A stretch of 64,000 bases of DNA from positions 820,643 through 884,642 of the forward strand of contig NMRA01000137.1 of NCBI GenBank assembly GCA_002633005.1. Reading direction: 5' to 3'. Position 1 is the first letter of the stretch. Each line of letters begins with the position of its first letter. A program made the translations under genes and the position numbers. The notes below the pieces were generated by a model. That model did not search any database and was not told the origin of the DNA. It saw only the letters and a list, made by a program, of their open reading frames with translations. Source of the stretch: Phoronis australis. Taxonomy: Eukaryota > Animalia > Phoronida. Shown one piece after another: positions 1 through 15,087 of the stretch.

Positions 1-1762
1 ACAGAGACGGTCATTTAAATTTACAAGATTGCCAGTCTCCTTTAACAGCCACAACGGTGTAAATCTAAGAAAACGTGAAAATATGACTACATCCAAGGTA
101 GAGTTCATTCCTGAATCCACCTTTGCAGGACATTAAATCCAAAATGTGACCCACAATTATTGGCACAATTGAGTCTAGTGGGTGCATAAACATATTCCTC
201 AATTATCATTTATTGGCAACAGTACTGAGACTAAATGACCAGACATTTTCTTAAAGGGGTGTTTTACCACGGTAGGGTCACCGGCCACGTAAATTTAAAA
301 TTCTCAAATCACTTTAGTCAAGGTGACAAACACATTGATTCAGTATGAGATTTATTATTTTCAAATGGCGCGAAAAAGCAGCCTCACATGAACACGATCT
401 AAAGTATGAAAGTGAGTAGGGTCCATTTTACACTATGCACAACTCCTCAGTGTTGTGATAACCCAAGAGCAATGTTCGCTTGACCCAATTTATAATTCCG
501 TTGTGTAAGATGAGCTGAGCTGACAAGGACGAAAGGCAATTTCTTTCGGTGGCGAACACTTTGGACATGTTTGTAAGAACCATTTGTGTATGCCACCACA
601 GCAGTGGCAGTTTGACAGCAAGAGGCTGTTAGGGAATTTTCCATTCCACAAATCCTCTATAAGGAAACGGAATATTATCCACCACTACCGTATCGCCATC
701 TAGCGACAAGGTGTATTTCATCATGTCAATGCAATATCGGAAAATGACTATTACAACACTGCAAAATGTGGCAGACATCCTGGGAAATGCAAACAATCTA
801 TGTTTACCAACAACACCTATATACAGAGAGCACATTAGATTACAATCTCGCGAAATCAATAGATCTTTCTTTTCTATGCCTGTAAAATGTTTTAACCAAA
901 ATGGTTGTCAGTAGAATCCAACAACAAGGTAACGTAATTCTTAAGTTACTACACGTAGAAATATTCCAAATCCCATTTTTTCAATGAGTGACTACCATGC
1001 TTTAAGAACGGTTGCGAAAATTTCACCAGTTGATGTTTTAGGGCATTACAGTGCACACAAAATAAATTACTTTTTAATCCTAATGAGACAGCATGGAAGG
1101 TTGACAGGTGAGGAATTAGTGCAATGTAGAGTAATATTTATTGAGAACGTTGACAAAATACAGATTAGCTAACTTATCGGAATATTACTTGACAAATTGC
1201 AAGACGAAGATACACTTAATAAGATACAGAAGCTCAAGGTGAAACCTCACCAATTTCAGACAAAGATATTGTTAAAATTACACTGTTTTCATTTTTGAAG
1301 GACTTCTAGCATGGTTGAGAATGCTCGCAGTTTTTCAAAATATTTTCTGCTAATATACAACAGAGTATCATTATGGTACTGTATATTTTTTATGAAAAAA
1401 TAAGAAAATACAATTCCATCTGTCCGTCACACTGTGTCCTAGATCGATGACATACCCTACTCCAAGTAGACAGCTTCTTTTGGAATGAAGCAGCTGGGAT
1501 ATCCACTAGACCCAACGATCTTGTGAGTTCGCAAGATCGTGCAAGTATCCCCGAGATATCACCACGCATTGCAAACAAAACATGTCATTATGATCACACT
1601 CGCTTTTCTGGAGAGTGACTTGGTCAACGGAACATAACCCAATAATTTTTTGTTGTCACCATCAATTGGCACTTTATCACACACGACCTCGCGTAACTGG
1701 GCAATTCCATGACCATGATAAACGGGACGAGTTATGCCTAAGTATGGTCGTGGGTACGGAAT

Positions 1763-2157
1763 AGGGCCGTCCGGATTACACGACGCTCGAATCCCGCTGT
1801 ATTTACCCACAAAGCCGTAAACATCCGTCACGTATATTTTCTGCTTCGTTTTCGTGTCACTGGAGTTTCATATGCTATTTGTAGTTGTCCGATCCTTTAC
1901 AACTTTCTTTTCACCCTTCCGATGCCAACAAAGTATTACCGCTGCGCTCTGGGCTGCAACTCCGACGTGAAACAGGTTAAATGAACTAGACAATAATACC
2001 CGTGGATGCGTGATCTGAAATTCTCCACCTTCCCGACATAAATAAGAGCCACGAAAATGCGCCCGATTTCCAAAATTAGGTCACGCGAAACTAGGTCACA
2101 TGCTTCCTATCTCCAGGACAAAGGAGAGTTCTGTCGCCGTGTAATCCGGATGTCCCT
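1763..2157 (+). mobile_element. Non-autonomous DNA transposon with a decayed THAP start (ISL2EU/PHIS-like)
   Basis: ~23-bp imperfect TIR: AGGGCCGTCCGGATTACACGACG versus the reverse complement of CGCCGTGTAATCCGGATGTCCCT. AT lies on both flanks (1761-62, 2158-59). Internal 1922-2037 reads MPTKYYRCALGCNSD...YPWMRDLKFSTFP with stops, like a THAP N-terminus. Confidence 0.6.
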
Positions 2158-2799
2158 ATTGGCACCAGAGGACAAGTGAAAACTTGTGCAGATCGATGAC
2201 TTAGAGAGACTGAGGAATCATGTGAGGACAACTTACAAAACATAACACATCACTTCTACTTGCCTGTGGCACATCACTTGACGGACAAAACATTCTTCAC
2301 ACAGCAAAAGGTCACTAATTTAGCATGCAATATAATAGACAGGTAAAACCTTTTTTCTCATTCTTTCACAATATACAGCAACAAGATGATGCTCTGCCAT
2401 GTCCAAGTTCTGTGGAAATTTTCGAGGAAATTGTGAAACTGACCACCGCACTCTAACCAACGAACAATCTGCCAGTAAATAAGCAACTAAATGAGAATCC
2501 TGGTGAGGAATTAGACAAGCTGTTAACTTGAAATATTGTAGTGTGCCTTTTAAAGGACCAACAATTGAGAAATCAATGACAGCTTACTCACATTTCCCAC
2601 ATGTCAGACCATGCTAAGCATGCACAGCAATACCAGAAAACTCAGCCCTATTTTGAATGATCCAAACGAGTATGTAATATGTAAATTGATCCCAAACCCT
2701 TAATGTGTATAGCATATTTCATCATAAGTGCTCAAATAAAAGCAACCTGTAAACTTTGCTGAAAACATCAAAGAGCAATCAACCAATGATTAGGCTGGT

Positions 2800-2855
2800 A
2801 AACAGTTTACAGGTTTTCTACAGTTTACAGGTTTACTACAGTTTACAACTTTACA
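2800..2855. repeat. Short tandem repeat (~18-bp unit ACAGTTTACAGGTTTWCT)
   Basis: About three degenerate copies are directly visible. Confidence 0.7.
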
Positions 2856-3310
2856 ATGGTCATTTTTAAGTCAATGGCTTCCTACTGTACAGAAAACTGG
2901 GACACTTTTGATGAATGAAATGTAGCGCAAAGGGATGACTGCATTCACTTACACAAGTAGACCACTTTATTTGCCTGTATATCCACCTCCTTGTCACGTG
3001 TGAACACAGGTGAATACATCTTTCTCAGATATGAATATTGTTTCACCTCAGATGCAACTGAAATATTTTCGACAGGTTGAAATAGATAACTTTACATCAT
3101 TTTAACACCGATCTAAGACGAAGCGTAACTCCCCAACTTAATTAACCATCGTAATTCCAATGAGAATATAGCCTGATAATACAGAGTTTATTTCATATCA
3201 CCACAAAACGAAATCCCGAAGTTTTATATTTCAAACAATTTCACCACGTAATCTTTGGCTTCATTACTTTTCACCTTGTCTCCTGACCATTGGGTATTAG
3301 TTATACTTGC

Positions 3311-3583
3311 GGTAAAAAAATCCCCGCTTTGGGACAGCCTCTAAAATTTGGAACATGGAAGTTCCGAGCCAAAATATGACGATCAGAAATGGACGATTTC
3401 CCAAATATGGGACACTGCAAAAGTTTAAAAATAGGCTATCACTTAACAGTTCATACAATTGCTGAAAATGGCCTGCTTGAATTTGAAACAGACAGTAAAA
3501 CCTATTTCTAAAATTTGGTACAAGCTCCGAACTTGAGCAAAAATACTTTATTCTGGACTGTCCCAAACTGGAGAATTTTTACC
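3311..3583. mobile_element. MITE with imperfect ~25-bp TIRs
   Basis: GGTAAAAAAATCCCCGCTTTGGGACA at the left end matches the reverse complement of TGTCCCAAACTGGAGAATTTTTACC at the right end. Confidence 0.5.
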
Positions 3584-6500
3584 TTAACAGTAACAGCAAA
3601 GCTAAATCTAGATGTAAAACATGATTTCCATTTTAAAACGGGGTTAGTTTCCCATGTCATATTAATTGTAATGCCACACACACACACACACACAAGTGTG
3701 AAACTGAAACTTGTGAACATTTACGAAGGAATAGCAACAGATGTTATGGCTGAATGTTGACTACATCGGTATAAGTCGAAAGTATTCAGACAAAATGACT
3801 CGAAATTCCTGCCGTGACGGCTCGGCGGAAGATGAACTCACCGTCGGAGTAATTTTACCTTGCAACGGAGATTGAAGGAGAATTGCCACAAAAGTAAGAA
3901 TTTTGCCCCAAAATAGTTATAACCAATTATTTTCGCTGTTAACAGAATTAGCGACAATATGACGGTGGAAACGCTATTTCATCTGGTTACTTTTGTCTGG
4001 TAGTGTGCATAATTATTTTGTCTGATTACTTTTGTCTTTTACTAAATATCCAACTCCCCACAGTGCTCAGTATCACAACATTCCAAAATATTTTTTGAAC
4101 CCACATATGCAAGTCACGTTTTTCGAAAACCAATGTTTCTGCCTGTGTTTTGGAGCAAAACCCTTCATTTTGGTATTTTAAACGGGTGCGTTAGCATTCC
4201 TGAAGACTACCATACCATGGTGTACACAAGGCGACAAAATTTAAACTCGGCAGGAACTGCAAAATTCATGTACGAGTTCAAAAGTCCATGTCTATAGTGT
4301 AAGGAGTTTGTGTGCTAGGTCTTGGAATATGTGCAAAAAGTCAAAAAATGTCAAAATTTGCTTTTAAGAAATTACTTATCTTCCAATAATTCAAACACGT
4401 TGCAAAAGTTTTTAAACTCAGCGCAAGCAAACCAAACTCGTCACTGCAAAGTTCAAACTCGATACAGTTACGAATCAAAACAGGTCACGGCGAGCAGTGT
4501 GACTACTTAATCTATTCCAGTTAGAAGTTTGCGATTTCAGCTTGTTTGACCAAATTAATCCAGAGTAGGTCTTTAAAATTAATAAAAATGTCCTTAATTT
4601 GTTGACAAGAGTGTGATCAAAAATAAAACACAGAACAGTTCAAACACGGATAATTGACTGAAAACAGAGTTTTAGAAGTACGCTCACTGGTAATTGCTTT
4701 TACAGTACAATACAAAATAAACAAACAAAACAAAAGCGTACATGGCATACGAGACCCAGAGACCCACGTAACATTAGATTCAAACAAACTGCAAAGCCAT
4801 GGACTGCAAGACTCTTTGATTACAGCAGCAATGAGGAAGTAGGTCGTTCGTCATCCTTAGGTAATTGATTCGCAACCTCAGTACCACCTACTCACAAAAA
4901 TACACTGAAATTCCATGTTAACTGAATTCTGTAGTTTAATTTTTGCATATTTCTAAATGTTTTGACCTGCAATTCCTAAAGTCACAAACTGGAACATTCC
5001 GGTTAACCTAAACTGATGTTATGCAACATTTTTTCGGAATAGTTTCACAGTTGTGCTAAATATTACCCAAAGGAACAAATAACGAGGAAAACAAGACTTT
5101 CTTCAGATGTTTCGCAAAACAAAATTACAAAAAACTAAAGAACCAACCCGACCTTAAAATTCCACATTTAATACATACTTTCGGATTTTTTCGACATTTT
5201 CACAAAAATAACAAAACCATTGTCAGAGTCCACAACAATTATGTTACCTAATGTCTGACTTTTGAGCAAAATAACTTTCATTGTAAAATTCAGCAGAACT
5301 GAGATATTCTTTTAATTAATAACAAGACTGGAATTTTTACTGAGTAGCAAAAAATGTTTAAATCATTACAAATAGAGTTCCATAGAAACTCTAACACCAA
5401 TAGCCACTTTTCATGTCAATACGAGAATAAATATAATGCCCCGTTTTGGCGATGCGCCACCGAGGTCAGGTCAGGCCACGGACCATGCTCGCATGTGGTC
5501 AACCACTGTTCGCGCGAATCGCTCAAATCAGAGTTTTAGCAAAAATCCCGCTTAAATATTAAAATAAAAATCCTTGTGATACTGAAATGACGTGCAAATC
5601 CACACATACCAAAGGAAATCCGAGCAAGAAACTCGAAACGAGTGACTGTCTTTGTGCGGGTTGTTTATCACTACACGCTAATGGCGGCCAGTCGTAAAAT
5701 CAACAACCAACTGAAGCGAGCTTTGTCAACAAATACCACGTTTCACACATTTGCTCGAGAAAAATTCACAACCCACTAACCGTGACTACACATATGAACA
5801 TGCTGCATTGAAGAATAGTCTTTTTTTATTACAATATCTTGCAAACTCTATTAAAACGAGGAGACAATCTGAGCTCATTTTGTATGCAAATTGTTTATCT
5901 TGTGCACGGAACGATCAGCTAAACAACAACAACAGGAGCAAGACGAGTCGTGTAATAATCAAAGCTGACGCAAGACATTGAACAAAACTGCACGATCTGT
6001 GTACCTGAGACCAGTTAACAATAATTACCTTATTTTCTCAGAAGTTTACAGCTGGAACACTTGATTCTTTAATCGACAAAATTTTTAGACGAGAAAGACA
6101 ACACTTAAGCCCCTTCACTGTCGTAAATATAAATATACTACTCCGCGCAAGAAAGGCGACCTCGTTCAGATCATCAAACATCAGGGTTTGCTAGTTTTCT
6201 ATGGCCGAATATGTTTTTGTCGTTCATTTAGTTGAAGCAGGAGGAGTTTTATTATTTTTTGAAAAGCATATCATGGATTGTTGAATTTGTTTGTGGACTA
6301 GTTTGCTCGCGTATATGAACAATGTTATTAAAGGCTGTTGATAGGGCTTTATCCGTGTGACGTCACGTGCACCTGCTGTGTAAACAAAAACTAACAAACA
6401 TAAATAAATATAGGTCATGTTTAACTTGGGCTATAACTAATTTATATCACGAAAGGGATCAATGTGAATTTGTTTGTGCATAGGATGCAAAATTCTGCGC

Positions 6501-9500
6501 GCTGGCAGAGTAAATATTTGAGGTCGGAGCACAAACTCATGGTTTACTGGCAGCCAGTTTTCCGACAAAAAATAAACAATGTAGTGATTTGCTCAGATAA
6601 GCAGCTGTGCGCTTGTGTTTTATATCACGTTTCTATGCATATTATCAGTACAAAGTCCAAGCTAGTCGACTAGACTGTTGACAGATGTACTAAACAAAGT
6701 GATAATATTGAGCAACCTATCGCTTATGGCCGAATGAGTTTACTAGGCGCGCGGACAAAGAGTAAATAACAATATAAGATTAATTTGAAGGAAAATCGAT
6801 GATCTGGTACGACGCAAAGGAAATGCGCCGTGTGTAAAAGCGAATCCGTGTTTTAAGTTACCAGAGAAACTGGCAAACATTCGTCGATTCATTAAAAATC
6901 TGAAACAAATCCATTCCGAATTTCTTGAGAATCAAGTCATCGCCAAAATTGTCATTGATCTACAAAGGTAACGCATGACGCCAAATTACGACAATCATAT
7001 TTGGTTATTTAATTACTGGAATTTTGGGGTTTTTTGTTGGAATTTACGCCACAAGAAAAATAAAAATCGGAACAAAAAATGCCCAAGTTTTCAAAGCATC
7101 TGCATGAGCTCCCTGGATAGTCAATTACGTAATAAATTCGCGTGATTTGAACTTTGGTCACTAGATGGCAGTGCCTGTCAAGCCTGGAAAGTGGGAGTTA
7201 AATTCAACGAATTAGAAAAACCAAAACAGAGTTTCTTCCAAATAAACCGTACAGAAATTCCAATGATAGCGTTATTTTCTAAAAAAAATGTAACAATTTT
7301 CTCAAAATTCATTTCGTTTTCAACACTGCAGTTCTTTTCTTACTAACACATTTTCTTTCTTGTAAACCTGAGTTTTGATACATGCCAAACATGAGCTTAG
7401 TGTTCGTGCCTCTTGTCAGACCTTGTGGTTCGAGAGAAAAGAAATGTGTTTGTAAGACAACTGTGAACTGCAGCTGGTGAGAAAAGCGAGAAACGAGATG
7501 AGCGTCGACAGGCTCCACCAGAAATTATACAAAATGGCGAAGTTGAACTCCGCTGTTAAATTTGCGATCGGGCCAAGTACCCCATAGCCAATCGTTAGCA
7601 TTGTTAAATGCGTGGCTAGTCATCATGTTACCTGATCTGTCGGACTGACAGATGTACTTAAATATATAAAAATGCGGGTAGTATCAGAGCAAGTCACATG
7701 AAGACTCAAACCGGATCGTCACTCGGCTTTATGACAATAAAAAATGTAATGCTGACACTGAAGACAGGTACGCCACCTGTACGTCAAACAGTATCATCGA
7801 TAAAAGAGAAAATGACCGAGTGATGACGACAAAATGGTCTCTGGACGACGTCAAAGAGAGCAACTGAAAATTGGTTGCAACCAGGGAGCTAGTGTTCAAG
7901 TGCGACAATGTGAAGAGCAATCACGACTTTCATCCCTGGGGTAAAATATCAAATATACGAAAAAAACTCAGAAATATTGTTCCCTCAATTGAAATTTTGA
8001 AGTAAATGTTAGTATATTGTTAAACAGACAAATATCTTAATTTCAGATAATATGCATATTAAAAATCTAACGGAATAGGACCCTCTGGCCCAGTTTTGTC
8101 AGCTCCTCTAATGCGCACGCGCGCGCGTTCGTGTATTATTATATATACATACGTATATATGTGTGCATGTGCCCGTGTGTCCGTGCGTGCGTTAGTGCCA
8201 AACTAGTTTATATCTTAATTCTTCGAAAAATTGTACGTGTTTCATTGCACTGGAAGCAAAGTATGTAAAAATTTGACCCCGTTCACAGTACTCCGTTTTC
8301 ATTCGAAAACGCAACCTTTTCTTTGGTTTACAAAAAGTTCTCAGTCTACACTTATCGTTTCCGTATCGCTTTAAAAAGTTTTCCTTCTACGCAAATACGA
8401 ATAATACGACGGAAAATGGACCTATCTATATGGGTTCTTAAAAATTTATCTTCGCGTGAATTACGCTATTGTCGGCCTTTTTTCCGTCCACACGAATAAG
8501 GTAATACAATCGAGCCTTGGACATTTAGATAATTGCTTTTTTGTGGATACGCATAGATGGAAGCTTTACTCGTGGTGTTTTTAAAAAATCCAATCTCAAG
8601 AGCGCCGTATCCGTAATGATGTTTGTACGTTTTTAAAAGTGGATTTTTCTCTACGCAGCTCCATTTTAATTTGAAAATGTAAGTTTTTTGTCGGATACGT
8701 CTTCTGTCAATATGTAACCACTGAGTTGAAAACAAAAACAAAAACAAAAAACGCAGACTTTCGACTTTTGAAAACGGAACTTTTTCTTTTTCTCATAGAC
8801 AGATTAGTTTTGTGTGTGTAGGGAAAACGCTTTGAAAACGATGCTAAAAACGATACGCGAAGACGAAAACTGAAAAGAAAAACATAGACAAATAACACGA
8901 CCTGCTTGGGCTCTATTTTTCGAATACCCAAAAGTAAATTTTTAGTCTGCTTCGGACTAGGCTGTAGATTCCTGTATATTGGTTTTGAGTTGTGGACAGA
9001 TTTTCTGACTTTTAGCCTCAGAATTATATTGTGAAACAAGCTGAGCCATCTGTAAATTGAATTTTATCCAAAAGTCAAAAGAAAGCGTTCCGCTAGTCAA
9101 GCAAAGCTAACTTATTGAGCGATGTCTCGAGCAAAATAACGAAAATGCCCGTTCTCTAATCTAGAGATGACTTCATAGCATTTCAGACAGTACACCGACT
9201 TATAATAGCGGAAAGAAATTGAAGACAAAAAAAATTATTGATAAGGCCATCACCTTTAACTCTGCTGCCGCATATGCGCCTATATTCGAAGTTATCGATA
9301 TATTCAAAGAAAATTGGCCACTCGATTGTTTCAAATATATATTCACGCATCTACGCTTTGCTTATAGTCAAAAGTGGGTGTTCTCTGTACAGGCGAATAC
9401 CTTGTTTCGTTGCAGTCTACGACAGAGGGCGTAATCTTACACGTGCAAAATATTTTACGCGACTTGGTTTGGCAGTGGATTTCCTAGATTATAACTCAAA

Positions 9501-12500
9501 ATAGATCACGTAATTTAAAGCTCACTTTTGAAGTTTTGTGTACAATAACTAGTGCGAAATATAGATGACGGTCCAGTTCAGTGACTAACTCTTGCAAAAT
9601 TGGATTTAACCTTTTCATATTAAAGAGGGAAGAACAAAAGTACCCCATTAATAGTTAAACCAGGCTAGATAGTATGCACTTCTTATAGGAAATCAAAGAA
9701 ATGTTTGATCTAGTGAAAAATACAATAACCTTTCCAGGAAAACCAGTGAAAACACCAACACTTTTCAACTGAAAAACACAGGAAGTGCTTAAAATTAACA
9801 TAATTATTTTAAAGATATGTTCATGTAGCACGTCAAAGTGAATTATGCTAGCCTATGTCACGTTCGCATACAATTGTTGGCTACTTTCCACTAGACCCAA
9901 ACATCTGAGAGAGTGAAAAAAGTTGTGTTTTTTACATTTTATTTCGACTGTATAGAAAAATACAAAAAATGACATTATTGCATAAAAATGTAGTTAACTT
10001 CTGGGCAACAATAATTATAAATGGATTCATCTATATCCATCATTTTCAACCACGGTTTTTCTCAAATAGTTCGCCGCATACGGCAAATTCCTTGTGTAGG
10101 CGGAGATTCAAATATTGCGCATGGGCGTAAAGGGGCAAAATACGGTATGGACTTCGTCCAGAAAAGTTATCAAATTGGTATCAACTTTTGACCGCATTCA
10201 AATAAAAACCGATTACTTGACTTTGAAAGAACTGACAGGCTCAAAGACGTGTCAGTTACTTGTTATCGAGTTTACCTATGATCGAGGCCAAAATATTTCC
10301 ATTTATGGAATAAGAACTTGCAGAAAGATTCATTTTGCAACAAAAACTCATCCAACGCTGGTGCATTATAACAAACTGCAACCCAATGGGTTTTTCATTA
10401 AATTTCTGATCAATTAATAAGTATTTTGTAGAGTTTTTAGCTCTGCGTATGAGAAAAAGCTTATTTATTGAAATAAACTTGAGTAAAAAATCTTTATCAA
10501 GTAAAATCTCAACGTCAGGCCACCTTCTCACACTAGAAACCCCTAACGTTTGTAAATAGGTCTGTTCCGTTGCCCATCGCTAGATGGCGATAATAGCTGG
10601 TGACACTGGGACCCAAATAGGGACTAAACTATGACGTCTAAATATTCTGTGTATCTATGTCTTTCTTCAATCACAAATGGTAAATGACATCCTTTCAATG
10701 GAAAAAATAGTCCTGAAATTAGGGGTTGTTTAAACAAATTCCAGATTATTTTCAGTGATATTAAAAATTCAACGTAGAGTATGCACACGAGCACTGGAAA
10801 GGACAACCAGGGCTTTCACAAGTCCAAGAATATGGTGAACACACAGTTGAGTAACTATCCGGTGAACTGTTTTATGCAACAAGTCAGAGGGGGACACGGG
10901 GCTGGAGAAGAGGGGGCGGCGGGGGGGGGAGGGTAATGAACACTAGGAGAATCCAAGACCAAGAATACAACAGTTGGGATTTTCATAGAAACATCTGTGT
11001 TACGTCATCTGGAAAGTCATGCGTTGCAATTTTTGTTAAAAAATATTAACAACTGTACATACACTGCTACATATGTGTTGTGTTCCGTTCATTTTTCGTT
11101 GTTAGAATAATTCACATATTTATTCCCGAGCTACCAACTGGCAATTGGTTAACTTCATTTAAATAGTCATTAAGTTTGACGGCGGCCAGTTTGAATTATA
11201 AGTTACCATAGCAACACATTTAAAAGAAGAAAAATTACATTTCTCAATTGAATCCTGATCTCATGTGATTAGTTTCAGCTCTTTTAAAAGAACTCTCCCT
11301 TTTTCTAACCATGAATCGCATTTATATGGTGTATGTATTTTCATTGAAGGGTGGCCATCTTGGAAAATGACCGTAATAAATCAATATTTTTCTTTTGATT
11401 AAATTCAATTTTATGTTGTTTTGTAAAATAATAAGTCTAAATCTTAGCTCTCAATAGCAGGTTGCTATGGAAATTTTAAAGACTCTGATATCACTTTTCT
11501 CGGCCCATTTTCCTAAACTTTGTAAGCTCTAAATATTCGCTTTCCCCGACTACAAATGGCAATATCTCGGCCATTTCTGAAAATAAGGACATGTTTCATA
11601 CACCAAAATGATCAGAAAATACTCTATTTATAGAAAAAATAGCAATTACAAAAATGACAATCCCTACTTAAAACTCATATTAGGTGACCGTAAAGTCAAA
11701 CACAGGCTGGTTGCCTGTCCCACCAGTTTCGAGACCCCAGGTCGGACACCAGTCTCGTTCCCCCCTCCCATCGTCAGCTCGTCATCCCCCATCGACACAC
11801 ACCAATTTTGTCTGTTTTCTGGTCGTCTTCTAAAGATTGGACCTATCCACAGCGGTTTTTGGCGATATAAAATTTCCCGATCTCACCAGCAACATGCTGC
11901 CCACCATTTTGCCAATTTCACTGAGAAGTATTTTTGAAAAACATGACGATTGCTTCAGCCATAAACACGATCTCATTTCAGTGGCTGTAGACTCGTCCAG
12001 ACCCCTCTTCACGAAAAGAGACTTGAAGCGGCTACAGACCCGCTTTCAGTAGGAAATTAAATTGATTTAAATCACTTACCGTTATACATGTGACACTAAC
12101 TTGTTCCTTAATTGGATTAAAAATGACACGTTGGCTTTTTGGGGGTGGGTAGATCCCTGCTTGATCGATATTTTATACGATGAACATGGTTAGACGCACA
12201 GCCGAACTGATCAGAAGCAGCGCTCCCACTAAACAAGGACGTAGGATGCCCAGACCGGAAGGGCGTGTGCTCCCAATAATATTCAGAGGTGAAGGAGAGC
12301 CGCGAGGGGACTTGATGATGGCGTCGACCATGGCTACGCATTTTCCTGTTATTTACATACTCAGTTAAGGAGTCACTCACGGAGGGAGCCCCAACGATGG
12401 ACTCAATCGCCTTTTTATTCCTGTTTTTGTGAAATCTCGCAACCTTTTATATTAAGGAAAGTGACCCAGCCCGGTGATGAAGGAGTTTTTCAAAATGACA

Positions 12501-13889
12501 AAGCCTTTCATTTGGGGAAGATGTCTAAAGATCAGAAGGGAAACCTCTCGAGTCTCAATCAAGGTCCACTCTTGGAGGGGCGGCCCGGGGCAACTATCCA
12601 TTTGTCCCTTATAAATCCGACAGTTTCGTGTAAACACGACAAGAATCAAATTCGTCATGCAAACCACAGCATCTTCTAGACATGCGATCCAAACAACCAA
12701 AAACTTGAGACTCATGAAAAAACAATTAGCATTTGACTGGCGTTGAAAGATCGCCATTTCGGAATTACATATAGACAATGTTCTCGATGGTTCTATGAAG
12801 ATAAAATGTAAATACTTCTCCCTAAAAAATTCCAAGAATAGCTTTTTTATGAAAATCACGATTAGGAAAACATTTATTGATGAAAAGGGTGTTGTTCAAA
12901 CGCTAAACTCGCCGTCTTGGTCAGACTGTCATGAGTAAGATTTAGAAGTGACCGTCGATGGGTGCTCGAAGTACATGTAATGGCAACCGTAAACTTATAA
13001 ATTTATTCCTACGATTTTTTGAGAGCATTTCTAAGCCATAGGGGAGATCGGGGCTATTTCGGTCCCGGGGCTAGTTGGGCCACCGCCCCAAACTCCGCTA
13101 TTATATGTGCACTTTCAGCCTCAGTCATTTTGAGCAATCACATGACTGGTAGGCTACCACTACACTAAAACCACGCTGGTCGAAGGCGGAGTGCTTTTCT
13201 TGATCTGACAGGCAACGATTGGTTTTTAACCCAGGTGAGTAAATTTTGGAGCTTCACTCGATTCAGTGCTGGCCATAAGCCGTGAGCAGTGATGTAAAAT
13301 GTTCTGTTCGTGGGTTTTAACAACAGCTTGTTCTTCAAGACAGGCCATGTGTTTCTTCACATTCCTCAGTGATTGATGAGGTAATCACGTGTGTTTTCCA
13401 TTTAGAGCTAGTGGTGCAAGTTGGGCCCTTTGACATGGGGCTAGTCTGGCCAGGGGCAGAACTTGCCCCTTTCACTTTGCTTGATATATCATCAAAAAAT
13501 GTTTTTTCATTAAATTTAATGAGTATTATTCATCATAAAATTGCACAAATTCATCTTAAATATGTTTCTTTGGTAGCGCATTGTCATTTTGTAGGTTTGT
13601 GAACAGAACATGATTTTTAAACGTAACTACTGTGGGCACTAAAAATGTGAAAATGTTGGACTCTATGTCTGGTGCGAAGCCAGAACGGGTTGAAAGTAAG
13701 CCGACTGACTTGTGATCTTCATTAATTTATGGGGTATCGTCTGGTCTTGAACAAATAAAATGCCAAGTTTTAATTATCATTTTTTGTTTGTTTTTTTTCA
13801 GAATTTTGCCCTAAGCATGGATCGACATTGCAAACTAAATCAAGAGAATCAGATACTCTAAGGTCAGCAGTCAGACCATCCCACCCTTC

Positions 13890-14120
13890 TTGATTTATTC
13901 TCGAGTGCATTATAAGGAATACTCTATAAATGGAGCACCTGCTGGCTCAAAAGGAACCGCTCAAGCATCAGGCTGGATGACAGTTGACAACTTCACCATG
14001 TTTCATCTGCATTTCGTTAAAAATGTCAAACCATCAAAAGATGATCCCGTACTCATTCTTCTTGATAACCACGACTCACATCTATCCATCAATGCCTTGG
14101 ACTTAATTTACGAGGTTTAG
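13890..14120 (+). pseudogene. DDE_1 (pogo-type) transposase fragment
   Basis: NGAPAGSKG..SGWMT..F..HF..VKPSKDDPVLILLDNHDSHLS matches the pogo/DDE_1 SGWM...LILDxHxSH motif. The frame is truncated. Confidence 0.85.
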
Positions 14121-14288
14121 GCGTTAGTGCTCATTACGATGGGGCAGTTTGTAAGACCCCAGAATCGCCTACACCAACCTGAGCAATCCCTGAAATCAAA
14201 TTCAGAAGACAGTGATTGTCGATAATCAAGGAAATGAGCCGTTTTTGCCACCCGTGGGTGTGTTCATGAACATTGCGTTCACTACAAA

Positions 14289-14698
14289 ACGACATCTTCT
14301 ACAAACTCCTCGTTGTACAAAATCATTTGCTGAAGATTCAGTTCGCAATGCCCTACCTCATATCATTAATAACCTTCCTGAAAGTGTTTTCCACAAAATG
14401 TTTACCCATTCGTTATCCTCTGTTATAAATTATTTTAAAAACGTTTGTTTTCAAGTTATGAACTTGAGTGCACTATTCCCAACTGCTTTGTGAGTAACTA
14501 TTTTCAATAATCTCTCTTAGTCTTTTTACATTATCACCTAATTTTGGAATTCTGATTATCTGTAACACTGTATTTTTATTCTCTGTTGTCTCCGTGGTCA
14601 GCCGACCCTTCGGGTCCTTCACAGAGTCTCCATAAGCGTAAATTTGTATTAATTGTATTTTTGTCGTAACGTGAATAAAGTGTATTACTACTACTGCT
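14289..14698 (+). mobile_element. 5'-truncated LINE (CR1/L2-group-like) 3' end inserted in the pogo element
   Basis: ORF-end peptide ...HSLSSVINYFKN..SYELECTIPNCFVS. The 3'UTR has a hairpin GACCC-TTC-GGGTC, AATAAA at 14674 and a (TAC)n tail. ACTACAAA is duplicated at 14281-88 and 14699-706. Confidence 0.7.
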
Positions 14699-14931
14699 AC
14701 TACAAACAGCAAGACCACACCCAACAGCTTCACCGCGCAAAACCACAGGTGGAAACAGAAAACGGAGAAAATCGGCCATTCTCACACACCAGAGAAAGAG
14801 GACCTGAGAGAAGAACAGGCCAAGCGAAAGAAGAAACCTGCCAGAAAGCGTTCTGTTGACACAAAACCAAAACAAAAAGAAGAGAAATCACCATCCCCAT
14901 CTTCAGACAGCGAGTCGGAACGGGAGTGTTT

Positions 14932-15087
14932 TGCCTCGTTTGTCTAGAGCCATACTACTCTAACAGCAGGTGTAGAGAAAAGTGGGTCCCATGCGTTGAG
15001 TGCAAAGGGTGGGCCCATAAGGAATGCGCTGAGGATGTGATGCTGTCCTCCTTTGTGTGCCACAGCTGTAACTCGGATGAGGACTAA
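14932..15087 (+). pseudogene. C-terminal PHD finger of the pogo-like transposase
   Basis: My translation is CLVCLEPYYSNSRCREKWVPCVECKGWAHKECAEDVMLSSFVCHSCNSDED*, a C4HC3 pattern. It is preceded by an RKRRKSAILT basic segment. Confidence 0.8.

Noticed and set aside
4059-4080. CACAGTG start resembling a Transib/RSS heptamer (also CACGG at ~10051, Chapaev-like)
   Set aside because: No partner terminus or transposase in the window; motifs this short occur by chance.
11680-13000. Possible Academ-like terminus (TAGGTGACCGTA) with internal ORF fragments
   Set aside because: No matching opposite TIR or recognisable domain was found.
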